Positions 29,920 to 39,872 of a DNA stretch of 64,000 nucleotides are shown in pieces. The DNA lies in contig OZ244207.1 of the NCBI GenBank assembly GCA_965216875.1, forward strand, positions 4,448,001-4,512,000, read 5' to 3'. Made by a program: the position numbers and the translations under genes. The notes under the pieces are model-generated. The model saw only the letters and a program-made list of their open reading frames with translations, was not told where the DNA came from and did not search any database. This stretch comes from Rubripirellula sp. (GTDB lineage Bacteria; Planctomycetota; Planctomycetia; Pirellulales; Pirellulaceae). Each line of letters begins with the position of its first letter. Positions within the stretch are counted from its first letter, which is position 1.

Positions 29920-31665
29920 ATGGTCCGTTTTCGCACGTTTCCTTGGCCACTGCTCGTCTTGGCTTGCGCCTTTCTGCTGCCAACCGGCTGTGACAACCAA
30001 TCGAAGGCAGTCCGCCAGATTCAGGCCCAGCGTCATGAGCTGGTCCAGCAACAATCCAAGCACGACCATCTGGGCGAAGTCTTTGAGCTGCTATCGGGGA
30101 TCGTCGAACTCAATCCCGAACAGGCGCGGCGGCAAATCGCCTACCACCTCAATCGTTGGCGCGAGTCACGTGACGACGCGATGGTGGCGGCACCCGAACT
30201 GCTCAAAACGCTCGGCGACCTCGTCCCCCCCGACAAACTGGCCGAAAGGGTCGAGCAGGAATTGTTTGTTGGCTCAGACGTCAATCACCTGCGCGATGCC
30301 TATTTGTTTCAACAGATCGTGAAATGGACGGATAGCGAACTTTGTGATGACCCGCTGATCGATGCCTGGTTGACCGAACAAGAGTCAACCCTTGGCGAAG
30401 ACAAAGCGTTGCAGCTTCGCACGGCAGCCAGATTGTTCGACTGGACCGTGCGCAACATTGCCTACGAAACGCCGATTCAACTAACGCCCCTTCAAGAAAC
30501 ACCACCACTTCCCGCAGGGCTCAAGTTTGGTGGCCCCGGATACCGCCAATCGGATTACCAAACGGTTTGGCGGGGAACGGGAGACGCATTACAGCGAGCC
30601 GGCGTTTTCACCCAGCTTTGTCGTCAGGCCGAAATCCCCGCTTTCCTGCTGTCAGTTCCTTCATCCGAAACCGGCGAACTCACGCCATGGTGTGTCGGTG
30701 TCTTGATCGGCGAAGAGATCTATTTGTTCGAACCGGAGTTGGGGATCTTTGTTCCGGGGCCGGACCAAATCGGGATTGCAACGTTCAAACAAGCTCGCCG
30801 TGATGCGTCCGTGATGCGACGCCTGACCGCACAGGGCTTCTTCGACTATCCGTTTAGTAAGAGCGATATTCAAACCTGCACGGCTCAACTGAATCTCCTT
30901 CCGGAAGGTGTCAGTTCTCGAATGAAAAACCTCGAGGAGTCGCTGACCGGTGAGCGTCGGATGCAGGTCTATACCGACGTCGATGAACTCGCCAAACGAA
31001 TCGACGATGTCAGCGGTATCGCCGGCGTACGGCTATGGCTCGTACCGCTGCAAGCCGAGGTGTACCGAACGGCTCTTGAACGTGCCGCAACGCGCGACCC
31101 AATTTTTCAGTTTTGGTACGTTTCGCGGTGGGCCATCATGGATGCGGACATGGATATGTCGCGCAACTTGTCACTCGGTCGTTGGCGCCACCTACACGGC
31201 CAGTTCGATAACAGTGATGACGAGATTGTCAAAGGTGCTCGGCCACTCTACCTCGGACAACGAGCCCCTGAATTCGAAATCGAAAAACTGACGATCGACG
31301 TCAACCTTCAAAAGCAATACGGCATTCGCCGCGAACTCGGTGCTGACCCTCGCGTCTATGAGAATCAGATTCGCCAAGTCCAAGGATTGATGCAGCTTGG
31401 CAAACGCACGGCAACCTACTGGCTCAGCCTGATTCAGTACGATGACGGCCGCTACGATGTTGCCCAAAACTGGTTCGTCAAGCGCGCCCTACACGAAGAG
31501 CAACAATCCCTTTGGTTCCCCGCTGCTCGTTACAATCTCGCGCGGACTCTCGAACGGTTGGGCGAAACCGACCGCGCCATCGAACTCCTCAAGACAGACA
31601 AAGAACCTCAAGAGCATGGCAATCGAATCCGAGCAAGGCTGATCGCGAAAGCGGCCGAAAAGTAA
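29920..31665 (+). CDS. Putative lipoprotein with C-terminal TPR-like repeat
   Basis: LPTGC lipobox-like signal; C-terminal ATYWLSLIQY...ARYNLARTLERLG...AIELL TPR pattern. Confidence 0.75.
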   Translation: MVRFRTFPWPLLVLACAFLLPTGCDNQSKAVRQIQAQRHELVQQQSKHDHLGEVFELLSGIVELNPEQARRQIAYHLNRWRESRDDAMVAAPELLKTLGDLVPPDKLAERVEQELFVGSDVNHLRDAYLFQQIVKWTDSELCDDPLIDAWLTEQESTLGEDKALQLRTAARLFDWTVRNIAYETPIQLTPLQETPPLPAGLKFGGPGYRQSDYQTVWRGTGDALQRAGVFTQLCRQAEIPAFLLSVPSSETGELTPWCVGVLIGEEIYLFEPELGIFVPGPDQIGIATFKQARRDASVMRRLTAQGFFDYPFSKSDIQTCTAQLNLLPEGVSSRMKNLEESLTGERRMQVYTDVDELAKRIDDVSGIAGVRLWLVPLQAEVYRTALERAATRDPIFQFWYVSRWAIMDADMDMSRNLSLGRWRHLHGQFDNSDDEIVKGARPLYLGQRAPEFEIEKLTIDVNLQKQYGIRRELGADPRVYENQIRQVQGLMQLGKRTATYWLSLIQYDDGRYDVAQNWFVKRALHEEQQSLWFPAARYNLARTLERLGETDRAIELLKTDKEPQEHGNRIRARLIAKAAEK

Positions 31666-31694
31666 ACGGCCTTTTGTACGTGAGCGTGTGCATC

Positions 31695-32273
31695 CTAAGG
31701 CAAACGCTCGATGCGTATTCGTTTCAAATGTGGTGTGATCATCGGCAACGCGTTGTCGACGATTCCTTCTTCTGACAGTTCCGTCATGCTGCGGCTTGAG
31801 TCAACGTCGCACGACTTAAGGATCACCAGCTCAGCCGCTCGAAGCTGTGCCGCCAACAACGCTGCGATGGCGTCGGTTGTTGTGTCCCAGGTGGCTGGCA
31901 ACAGGCGGGCAAAATCTCCCGCGGAATCGCGTCCATAAAACGACCGCACCGAGACCACCGACGTCGATCCCTCGGGCAAACAATCAACGGCAGAGGCCAG
32001 TTGGTCAGGCGCAACATCGATTGCCAACCAATCGGGAAACCATTCGGCAAGCGTCTCGAAGGTCGCTTGAAGTAAATCGACGCATCGCCAATGCACCGCG
32101 CCGGGTGGCATCGGTCGTACCTGATCAAGCTTGCGCACCGCATCGATCAATTCGCCACCGCCCACAATGATGAGGTTCACAGCGGGCGGCTGTTCCTCAA
32201 TCCACTGCGGCAACACGTCCGCCAAGTCGGCTCGTGTTAACGTACTCCCGCCAACCTTTACAACTCTGAGCAT
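31695..32273 (-). CDS. Amino-acid-kinase family protein, MfnE/Orf21-like
   Basis: VVKVGGS, IVGGG..IDAVR, LPATWDTTTDAIAA, LVILKS. Confidence 0.75.
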   Translation of the reverse strand: MLRVVKVGGSTLTRADLADVLPQWIEEQPPAVNLIIVGGGELIDAVRKLDQVRPMPPGAVHWRCVDLLQATFETLAEWFPDWLAIDVAPDQLASAVDCLPEGSTSVVSVRSFYGRDSAGDFARLLPATWDTTTDAIAALLAAQLRAAELVILKSCDVDSSRSMTELSEEGIVDNALPMITPHLKRIRIERLP

Positions 32274-32384
32274 GGATCAATCTTGCGACCGTTGTTGACC
32301 GTCCTGCTGTTCGCAACCTCGCCTTGAAGGCAATGGGGCCCCGCCATTAAGCCAAAGAGGCCTCGCCACTAAGCCGAAGCGACT

Positions 32385-32614
32385 GAAGACTCCGGCTCAA
32401 GCTTGGCACTACAAACGAGCGACTCACCAAGATTCACAACCTATCTCGAGACCCTACTTCGAGCAATGTCCTAGTGCTACGGCTTCCACCAGCAGAAATC
32501 CTCGCCAAAATCCACACACCTGAGCCGAGATTGCGTTAGCGGCCGGGCCTTAATCGCCCTCACCCGAGCTGCGCGTCGGCAAGGGCCCGAGGCCTCACGG
32601 CCAGCGGCTCACGG
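32385..32614. repeat. Intergenic REP-like palindromes
   Basis: CCGGCTCAAGCTTGGCACTACAAACG (same family as 37815, 43738, 44851) and TGAGCCG...CGGCTCA inverted pair at 32521-32609. Confidence 0.6.
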
Positions 32615-32673
32615 ACACTGCCCAAACTGCTCAAGACGTTGCGCTGTTGGCACCGAGATTGCGATCCACAGCA

Positions 32674-34083
32674 CTAGCGCCGCATACGTCGATTGGTATT
32701 CGGACGCAATTCGTCGCGAGTCAAATCGCCGTCACCATTGGAATCGAGCCGCCGAAGGCGCGTTGGAGCTTGCTCTAATTCTTCAGCCGACAACGTGCCG
32801 TCACCGTCGAAGTCGAGCGTCATCATCACCGGCATTCGTCGCATCATCTCAGACATTGAAAAGCCGGGGCCGGCACCAGGTCGCGAACCGGGCCTAGATC
32901 CTGGGCGGGCGTCGGGCCTAGATCCTGGGCGGGCGTTGGGCCTTGATCCAGGTCGAGCTCCGCCACCCATTGCGCGTCGACTGCCGCCATCGGGATCGCG
33001 ATCGAACGAAACCAAATACTGCTGCGTGACGGGAACGCAAAAGGTCTCGGCATCGTCACATGCAAAATACTTCACGGTGAGCTCGAGAGGTTTACTGGAC
33101 CGTCCACTCACCTCAACCAAAAACTCGCGTGGGTCGGCATCCGCATCAACATCCACCTTGGGCCCCTGCAAGTCTGGTTGATTGACCGAGATCCCCTCGG
33201 GCGTCTTGATCGAAACCTTGATGGCAGGTGCCTTGTTGTTCCAATGAACCTTGTGGAGTGGATCCAAGAAGAAGCCCAAGTAAATCTTGCCGCTGCCCGA
33301 CTCGGCGCGAAGTTTGACGTAATGCGGTGTCTTCGATTCGAGTGGCGTGATCTTGAGTGGCGACATCCGCCCAGGCAGTTGGACGCGCTCGACAACTCCT
33401 TTCCTAGCTGTCTCTCGTTTGGGTTGTGCTGGCATGTCGAGGTCGGCGACGCGCGTTGGTTGATCAACGGCGCCAACGAGCCCTGCCAGATCATCACGCA
33501 ATGCGTCCGGATCACTCCAGGAACGAGACACCACCAACTTGCCTTCGGGATCGATCACGAATTCGGAATTCGGTCGATCGCCAAGCGCATGCTTCAAGTC
33601 GTTGTCCATCGTGTCGCAAATCCACTCGATCTTAGTCCCGAGTGTTCGGCGCGCTTCATCGATGTGCATCAGCCGCTCTTTTAAATTGAACGGAGCGACG
33701 TAACCGTTGTTCTCTGGATGAGCGAGCGACTTGTAGACGTAATAGAACTTGACGCCCTTCGCCGAATAATCTTGATACACCGCCTCCAAACTGGGGACGT
33801 TTCGCAAGAAGGGCGGTCAGGTCAAGCAGCCAAAAACAAGTACCGTGTAGCTGCCCTTGAGTGACGCGGTCGAAAACCGTTCGCCTTGTTGATCAAAGGC
33901 CGACACGGTCGGAAGCTCCGTCCCTACGGCCGGCGTTTGCTGACCTCCACGTTGCTGCCCCGGTCGCTGCTGCGAGTTTGGTTGCTGCTGCGAAGTTGGT
34001 CGCTGGGCAGGGACGATCGTCGGAGAGATCGACAGGACTGCTAATAGCGAAGCGAGGGTGGTGAAGAGCGGTTTTTGAAGCAT
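32674..34083 (-). CDS. Candidate selenoprotein: deiodinase-like thioredoxin-fold domain (CxxU) + DsbD-N-like domain + EF-hand pair, 469 aa with UGA read-through
   Basis: ORFs 33817..34083 and 32674..33807 are in frame, separated only by TGA(33817-33819)-CCG-CCC-TTC, giving LVFGCLT-U-PPFLR...FYYVYKSLAHPE; signal peptide; KYFACDDAETFCVP; DFDGDGTLSAEE and DSNGDGDLTRDE. Confidence 0.85.
33780..33816 (-). promoter_or_regulatory. Candidate bacterial SECIS hairpin
   Basis: Directly 3' of the UGA: CCGCC/GGCGG basal stem, AAAC/GUUU upper stem, apical loop GUCCCCA starting 18 nt after the UGA. Confidence 0.55.
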
Positions 34084-34309
34084 GGCAACAAGCTCTCGAA
34101 AAGAAAGAAAAGGTGCTGCAGTCTTTGAACCACTCCATCCGTGCCAAGTTCCGGGCGTTTTCGTACGAAAAACGAGATGGAGACGTCACTGTCGCTTGAA
34201 AAACACCTCCGAGCGCCTCGACCCAGATATACTAAGCGATACGATCCCACCTACCGGCTCTCGCAGCCATCTCACTCGCCAATACCCCCTCGCCCAGAAT
34301 CGAGAGTGA

Positions 34310-35338
34310 TTGCCGATGCCCGCATCACCAACTCGCCCGCGTCTGCTGTCGTCACCTGCCTCACGAGCTGTGATCCTCATGGGGCTGTCGGTCCTGATCA
34401 CATCGGTCGCCATTGCCTGCCAAGTTCCGGTGTTTCGCTATGCGCTCGAACGTTGGCCAGCAGACCAATACGAATTGATCGTGCTTCATGACAAGCCGCT
34501 CTCGGCTGGCGACAACGATCGCATCAAGCAACTTCGCGCCTCGAGCGAGACGACTGGAAACGGATTCGCGAACTTCACCGTCACGACTTCCAAGATCGGC
34601 GCAGAACAAGACATCGTCCTGAAGCAGTTGTGGGAGCAGCGCACATCGAAAGACGAGCCGCTGCTGGTGTCGCTCTATCCGCGTAACGCCCAGGAAGTCC
34701 CCGACCGAATTGCATCGGTAGCCCCACTTCGCAAATCTTCGACCGAACACATCGCAACCTCGCCCGTGCGTCAACGCATCGTCGACCACATCGCCGATGG
34801 CGATTCAGCCGTTTGGATCTTCGTGCCCAGCGGCAACAAAGCCGAAGACGCAAAAGCACTCGCAACCTTGAAACAAGAAGTGGCTCGAAACGAAAAGGAA
34901 CTCGAACTTCCACCACAGGAGGAAATCGAAGCCGACGAGTTCTTCAGCGAAGAGACCAAGATTGAGCTTAGACTTTCGTTTTCGATTGTCACACTCGATC
35001 GCGATGACCCGAAAGAACAGTTCTTGCTCGATCTACTGCTTGAAAGCGAGCCGGATTTGCGCCAGCTCGACCAGCCGATGGCTTTTCCCGTTCTTGGTCG
35101 CGGACGTATCCTCTATGCCCTCGTTGGCCCCGGAATCTCGCGTGAAACGATCGCGATCGCCTCGACCTTTATCGTCGGCCCCTGCTCGTGCCAGGTGAAG
35201 GAACAGAACCCAGGATTCGACTTGCTGCTCTCAGCCGACTGGGACGAGCGGGTAGGAACCAAAGCAATCTCCAAACCGATCGAGCCGCGATCGACCGAGC
35301 CCGTATTGCTGACCATCCCGCCGGGCCGCAAGAAGTGA
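34310..35338 (+). CDS. Secreted hypothetical protein with Cys motifs (start uncertain)
   Basis: Signal peptide ending AIA-CQVPVFRYALERW; FPVLGRGR; GPCSCQVK. Confidence 0.75.
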   Translation: MPMPASPTRPRLLSSPASRAVILMGLSVLITSVAIACQVPVFRYALERWPADQYELIVLHDKPLSAGDNDRIKQLRASSETTGNGFANFTVTTSKIGAEQDIVLKQLWEQRTSKDEPLLVSLYPRNAQEVPDRIASVAPLRKSSTEHIATSPVRQRIVDHIADGDSAVWIFVPSGNKAEDAKALATLKQEVARNEKELELPPQEEIEADEFFSEETKIELRLSFSIVTLDRDDPKEQFLLDLLLESEPDLRQLDQPMAFPVLGRGRILYALVGPGISRETIAIASTFIVGPCSCQVKEQNPGFDLLLSADWDERVGTKAISKPIEPRSTEPVLLTIPPGRKK

Positions 35339-35471
35339 TTTCGGTCGATTTGCGTGGGGTTCAGAGCTTGCCACTTCGCTGATACGATTTTGTCTCGAAA
35401 CAGCGGTCTCGCTCGGGTCGATCTCGAGCGATTCTATTGGCCTCACGTCGCTTTGAATCGACAGGAATCGC

Positions 35472-37691
35472 ATGTCAGCGAAGATCATCTACACGCACAC
35501 CGACGAAGCTCCCGCCCTCGCGACCGCGTCGCTCCTTCCGATCATCCAAGCGTTCACGCAGGGATCGGGGATCGAAATCGAAACCAAAGACATTTCGCTT
35601 TCGGGTCGAATCCTGGCCAACCTTTCCGCCTACCTGCCCGAAGACCAGCAGACGCCCGACGCGCTCGCCGAGCTTGGTGCGTTGGCCAAGACTCCTGATG
35701 CCAACCTCATCAAGCTGCCCAACATCAGTGCCTCGATTCCTCAGTTGACTGCCGCGATCGAAGAACTGCAAAAGAACGGCTTCGCAGTCCCCGACTTCCC
35801 AGAAGACCCGCAAACGGACGAAGAAAAAGAAATCCGGGCATGCTACGCCAAAGTGCTCGGCAGCGCCGTCAACCCAGTCCTTCGAGAAGGCAACTCCGAT
35901 CGCCGCGTCGCCGCCCCGGTCAAAGAATACGCGCAAAAGAATCCACACTCGATGGGCGCGTGGTCGTCCGATTCAAAGTCACACGTCGCTTCGATGAGTG
36001 AAGGCGACTTCTTTGGCAGCGAACAGTCGCATGTGATGGCTGATGCCGGCGATGTGTCGATCGAGCTTGTCGGTGCCGATGGCCAAACCACCCAATTGCG
36101 TCCCCCCGTTGCACTTCAAAAAGACGAGATCATCGATTCGTCTTTGATGAGCCGTGAAGCACTGCGAGGTTTCCTTGCTCGCGAAATCGAAGACGCAAAA
36201 GAGCAAGGCGTCCTGCTGTCGTTGCACATGAAGGCGACGATGATGAAGGTCTCCGATCCAATCATTTTCGGCCACTGCGTTGCCGTCTACTATCAAGAGG
36301 TATTTGACAAATACGGCGATCTGTTTGATGAACTTGGTGTCGCAACGAAGAACGGGATCGGCGACGTCTACGCAAAGATTGAATCGCTTCCCGAAGACAA
36401 ACAGGCCGAAATCAAAGCGGCACTCGACGCGGTCTACCAATCGCGTCCGAAACTGGCGATGGTCGATTCGGATCGCGGCATCACCAACCTACATGTTCCA
36501 AGTGACATCATCATCGATGCGTCGATGCCAGCCGCGATTCGAAGCTCGGGCAAGATGTGGGGGCCGGACGGGCAACTGCACGACACCAAAGCGATCATTC
36601 CAGACCGCTGCTACTCGGGCATCTACCAAGCGACCATCGACTTCTGCAAACAGAACGGTGCGTTCGACGTCACGACGATGGGCAACGTGTCCAACGTCGG
36701 CTTGATGGCACAAAAGGCGGAAGAGTACGGAAGCCACGACAAGACCTTTGAAATCCCTCACGCCGGTACCGTTCGCGTCGTTGATCAAAACGGCACCGTC
36801 TTGATGCAGCACGAAGTTGCCGCCGGGGACATCTGGCGGATGTGCCAAACGAAAGACGTCGCCGTTCGCGACTGGGTCCGCTTGGCGGTCAGCCGGGCGC
36901 GTGCAACAGGTTCGCCCGCCATCTTCTGGCTCAACAAGGATCGTGCTCACGACGCAAACCTGATTGAAAAGGTAGGCGTCTACCTGAAAGATCACGATAC
37001 CGACGGACTCGAAATTGACATCCTCGCTCCGGTCGACGCGGCCAATCACGCGTGCCAACGCGCCGCCGATGGTAAAGACACCATTTCGGTCACCGGAAAC
37101 GTGTTGCGAGATTACCTGACCGACCTGTTTCCGATCCTCGAACTAGGCACGAGCGCCAAGATGCTCTCGATCGTGCCGTTGCTTGCCGGCGGCGGCCTGT
37201 TCGAAACCGGCGCAGGCGGTTCGGCGCCGAAGCACGTGCAACAATTCGTCGAAGAAAACCACTTGCGTTGGGATTCTCTCGGCGAGTTCCTTGCGATCGC
37301 CGTTTCACTCGAAGACTTGGCGTCCAAGACCGACAATTCCCAGACCGCCATCTTGGCTAAAACGCTCAACGATGCCGTCGGCCAAATCCTGGACAACAAC
37401 AAGTCGCCCAGTCGAAAAGTCAACGAACTCGACAATCGCGGCAGCCATTTCTACTTGGCCATGTACTGGGCTCAAGCACTTGCCAGCCAAACCGATTCGA
37501 CGGAACTATCGGAGCGGTTCGCAGGCGTCGCCGCAAAGTTGGCTGAGAGTGAACAAGAGATCGTCGATGAGCTCAATGCGGCTCAGGGGATCGCCGTCGA
37601 CATTGCCGGTTACTACCAACCCAATGCCGCGAAAGTCTCAGCCGCAATGCGCCCAAGTGCCACCTTCAACGAGATCCTCGGATCCCTGTGA
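35472..37691 (+). CDS. icd: Monomeric NADP-dependent isocitrate dehydrogenase
   Basis: [60 protein letters not shown]; 739 aa. Confidence 0.98.
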   Translation: MSAKIIYTHTDEAPALATASLLPIIQAFTQGSGIEIETKDISLSGRILANLSAYLPEDQQTPDALAELGALAKTPDANLIKLPNISASIPQLTAAIEELQKNGFAVPDFPEDPQTDEEKEIRACYAKVLGSAVNPVLREGNSDRRVAAPVKEYAQKNPHSMGAWSSDSKSHVASMSEGDFFGSEQSHVMADAGDVSIELVGADGQTTQLRPPVALQKDEIIDSSLMSREALRGFLAREIEDAKEQGVLLSLHMKATMMKVSDPIIFGHCVAVYYQEVFDKYGDLFDELGVATKNGIGDVYAKIESLPEDKQAEIKAALDAVYQSRPKLAMVDSDRGITNLHVPSDIIIDASMPAAIRSSGKMWGPDGQLHDTKAIIPDRCYSGIYQATIDFCKQNGAFDVTTMGNVSNVGLMAQKAEEYGSHDKTFEIPHAGTVRVVDQNGTVLMQHEVAAGDIWRMCQTKDVAVRDWVRLAVSRARATGSPAIFWLNKDRAHDANLIEKVGVYLKDHDTDGLEIDILAPVDAANHACQRAADGKDTISVTGNVLRDYLTDLFPILELGTSAKMLSIVPLLAGGGLFETGAGGSAPKHVQQFVEENHLRWDSLGEFLAIAVSLEDLASKTDNSQTAILAKTLNDAVGQILDNNKSPSRKVNELDNRGSHFYLAMYWAQALASQTDSTELSERFAGVAAKLAESEQEIVDELNAAQGIAVDIAGYYQPNAAKVSAAMRPSATFNEILGSL

Positions 37692-37716
37692 TTTTTGAAG
37701 TGTCGCCTTTCGCTCC

Positions 37717-37864
37717 CCCCTCGTGACCACGCTCTGCGTGGTCACGGATTCTTGGACGCTCCGCGTCCCTAGCTCATGAACCAAACGCTCTACCGTCCTC
37801 CCGCGTGAGCCGCTTCTAGGCGGACCGCATGAAGATTCCGGCTAAAGCTCGGTACTACAAACGG
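37717..37864. repeat. REP-like palindromes between convergent genes
   Basis: CGTGACCACGC-TCT-GCGTGGTCACG hairpin and GATTCCGGCTAAAGCTCGGTACTACAAACG. Confidence 0.7.
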
Positions 37865-37880
37865 GTCATGCGCAGGGTGC

Positions 37881-39665
37881 CTACTTGGCGCTCAGCACAA
37901 CTTGGTGTGCGCCGCCGATCACTTTGTCACCTTCGACAATCGATGCCTTGAGCGAAAACTCGCCGGCGGGAAATCTGACGGTCACTCGATGCCCGGCGCG
38001 ACGGCCAGCCATTAGCGGAACGGTCTCTGTCTTCGTGCCAAAGTCCAATCGTGCACTGCGACCTTCGGTTTCGGCGTCAGGCAAAATCACTTCCACCTCA
38101 AACTCTCGCTCGGCGGCATTCTCGAGCAACCAAAAACCGGTCGAGTCCTTTGCCCACGGCCGACCACTGACGTGCCGCCAATCCTGACGCGTCAGCACGG
38201 TGGTTGGCTCGTGCGTCGTACCAACCACGATGTTCGGCGGGGCGTAGTTGTTGGGCCGTGTCGACGAAACATCCGCAAACCAATCTTCATAGGCCTTTGC
38301 AAGTCGCGCGACCACTTCTGGGTGTGCGGCCGCAAGGTCCTTGCGTTGTTGCGGGTCGGCCTTCAGATCGTAAAGTTCAAGCTTTGCCGCCCCCTCGAAT
38401 CGTTCTTTTCCGAAGCCGCTCGGGTGAACGAGTTTCCAAGGCCCTTCATGCAACGCGAAATGATGAAACGGCTGCGGCTGGTTCCCTCGATGGGACTGAA
38501 AGACAAGCTGGCGTGTAGGCCAATCCGCCTTGGCTTCGGTAAGCAGCGGCAAAAAACTGCGACCATCGATTTTGTTTTCGCCACTTGCGTCGACACCACA
38601 TGCTTCAAGCAGGGTCGGCAACAAATCGAGATGCGCACACATTTCACTGGATGTTGCGTTCGCTTTCACCTTCGCTGGCCAATGGAACACCAACGGGGAC
38701 CGAATGCCGCCATCATCCATATGCGTTTTCATGCCACGCATGTTCCCGACATACCGCATCGTGTTGGGCCCGTTGTCATTCAGGTAAATCACAATCGTGT
38801 TGTCTGCGATGCCCAACTGATTGAGTTTGTCCATGAGTTTGCCGACGTTGTCATCAATGTTGGTGATCATCGCGGCGATTCGTGCAAGTCTGTCCTGCTC
38901 GGCTTCAAGTTGTTTGGGCCGGCGATTACCAACAACGATCGGCTTAAAATCGACTTGCTTGTATTCTTCGTACAACTCGGTCGGAACGTCATGAAATGGT
39001 CCATGTGGTGCGTTCGTCGCGATGTAGGCAAAGAAAGGTTCGTCTTTCGAAACCGATCCGGATACGAAATCGATCGCCGCGTCGAAAAACAGATCGGTGC
39101 AATAGCCCTGCATCTGCACTTGCTGGCCATTGCGAAACAGGATGGGATCGGTGTAATTGCCTTCGGCGCCGATCGGATCGGACGGTTGACCAATGCCGCC
39201 GCCTCGATGAATCAGGCTCACTTGAAACCCTTGGTCCATCGGCCGCATCGGATAGTTGTCACCAAGGTGCCATTTCCCAAAAATGCCGGTTTGATAGCCG
39301 CCATCACCCAGGTACTCGGCCAGTGTCACTTCGTCGGGATCCATCATCGCGCGGCCAACGTAGGTATCGATACAGCGCGTTCGATAGTTGTAGCGTCCCG
39401 TCATCAAACTGGCTCGCGTCGGAGCACACACGTTGCTGACGTAGAAGTTACTCAAGTAACCGCTCTTGGCATGCAACGCATCCAAGGATGGAGTGCGAAT
39501 GATGTCGTTTCCCATGAATCCATAGTCGCCGACTCCCTGGTCGTCACTCATGATGACAATCACATTGGGGCGGTCCGCAGAAAGCCGACTCGGGAAAGAA
39601 CAATGGATCACTGCGAACACGATCGCAGCGCAAAAGGAAAAGGAAAACATTCGAAAACGCATCAA
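37881..39665 (-). CDS. Arylsulfatase (formylglycine-dependent)
   Basis: PNVIVIMSDDQG, CAPTRASLMTG, GKWHLG, DNG. Confidence 0.95.
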   Translation of the reverse strand: MMRFRMFSFSFCAAIVFAVIHCSFPSRLSADRPNVIVIMSDDQGVGDYGFMGNDIIRTPSLDALHAKSGYLSNFYVSNVCAPTRASLMTGRYNYRTRCIDTYVGRAMMDPDEVTLAEYLGDGGYQTGIFGKWHLGDNYPMRPMDQGFQVSLIHRGGGIGQPSDPIGAEGNYTDPILFRNGQQVQMQGYCTDLFFDAAIDFVSGSVSKDEPFFAYIATNAPHGPFHDVPTELYEEYKQVDFKPIVVGNRRPKQLEAEQDRLARIAAMITNIDDNVGKLMDKLNQLGIADNTIVIYLNDNGPNTMRYVGNMRGMKTHMDDGGIRSPLVFHWPAKVKANATSSEMCAHLDLLPTLLEACGVDASGENKIDGRSFLPLLTEAKADWPTRQLVFQSHRGNQPQPFHHFALHEGPWKLVHPSGFGKERFEGAAKLELYDLKADPQQRKDLAAAHPEVVARLAKAYEDWFADVSSTRPNNYAPPNIVVGTTHEPTTVLTRQDWRHVSGRPWAKDSTGFWLLENAAEREFEVEVILPDAETEGRSARLDFGTKTETVPLMAGRRAGHRVTVRFPAGEFSLKASIVEGDKVIGGAHQVVLSAK

Positions 39666-39872
39666 GTGAGCCTGTGGTGGGAAAGGGCAGGGTAGGAGGG
39701 GAGCAAAGAGTATAGCTACACGTAGCCCTCAGTTCGAAGCATCGCATTTTGTGGGCGATCGCATGTGAACTCCGCCCAATGGCAGCACAGCCAACCTTCT
39801 TGGCAAGCGTAGCGACGGACTGGAGCGGCCGTCATAATTGCTCTCTCCAATCCCACCTCCAAAGCCCACACC

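Noticed and set aside
32674..34083. Pseudogene or two independent genes
   Set aside because: The only interruption is a UGA at the exact catalytic Sec position, the frame is intact on both sides, and a hairpin follows; read-through is more parsimonious but unproven
38172..39695. 507-aa plus-strand ORF
   Set aside because: Antisense shadow of the arylsulfatase
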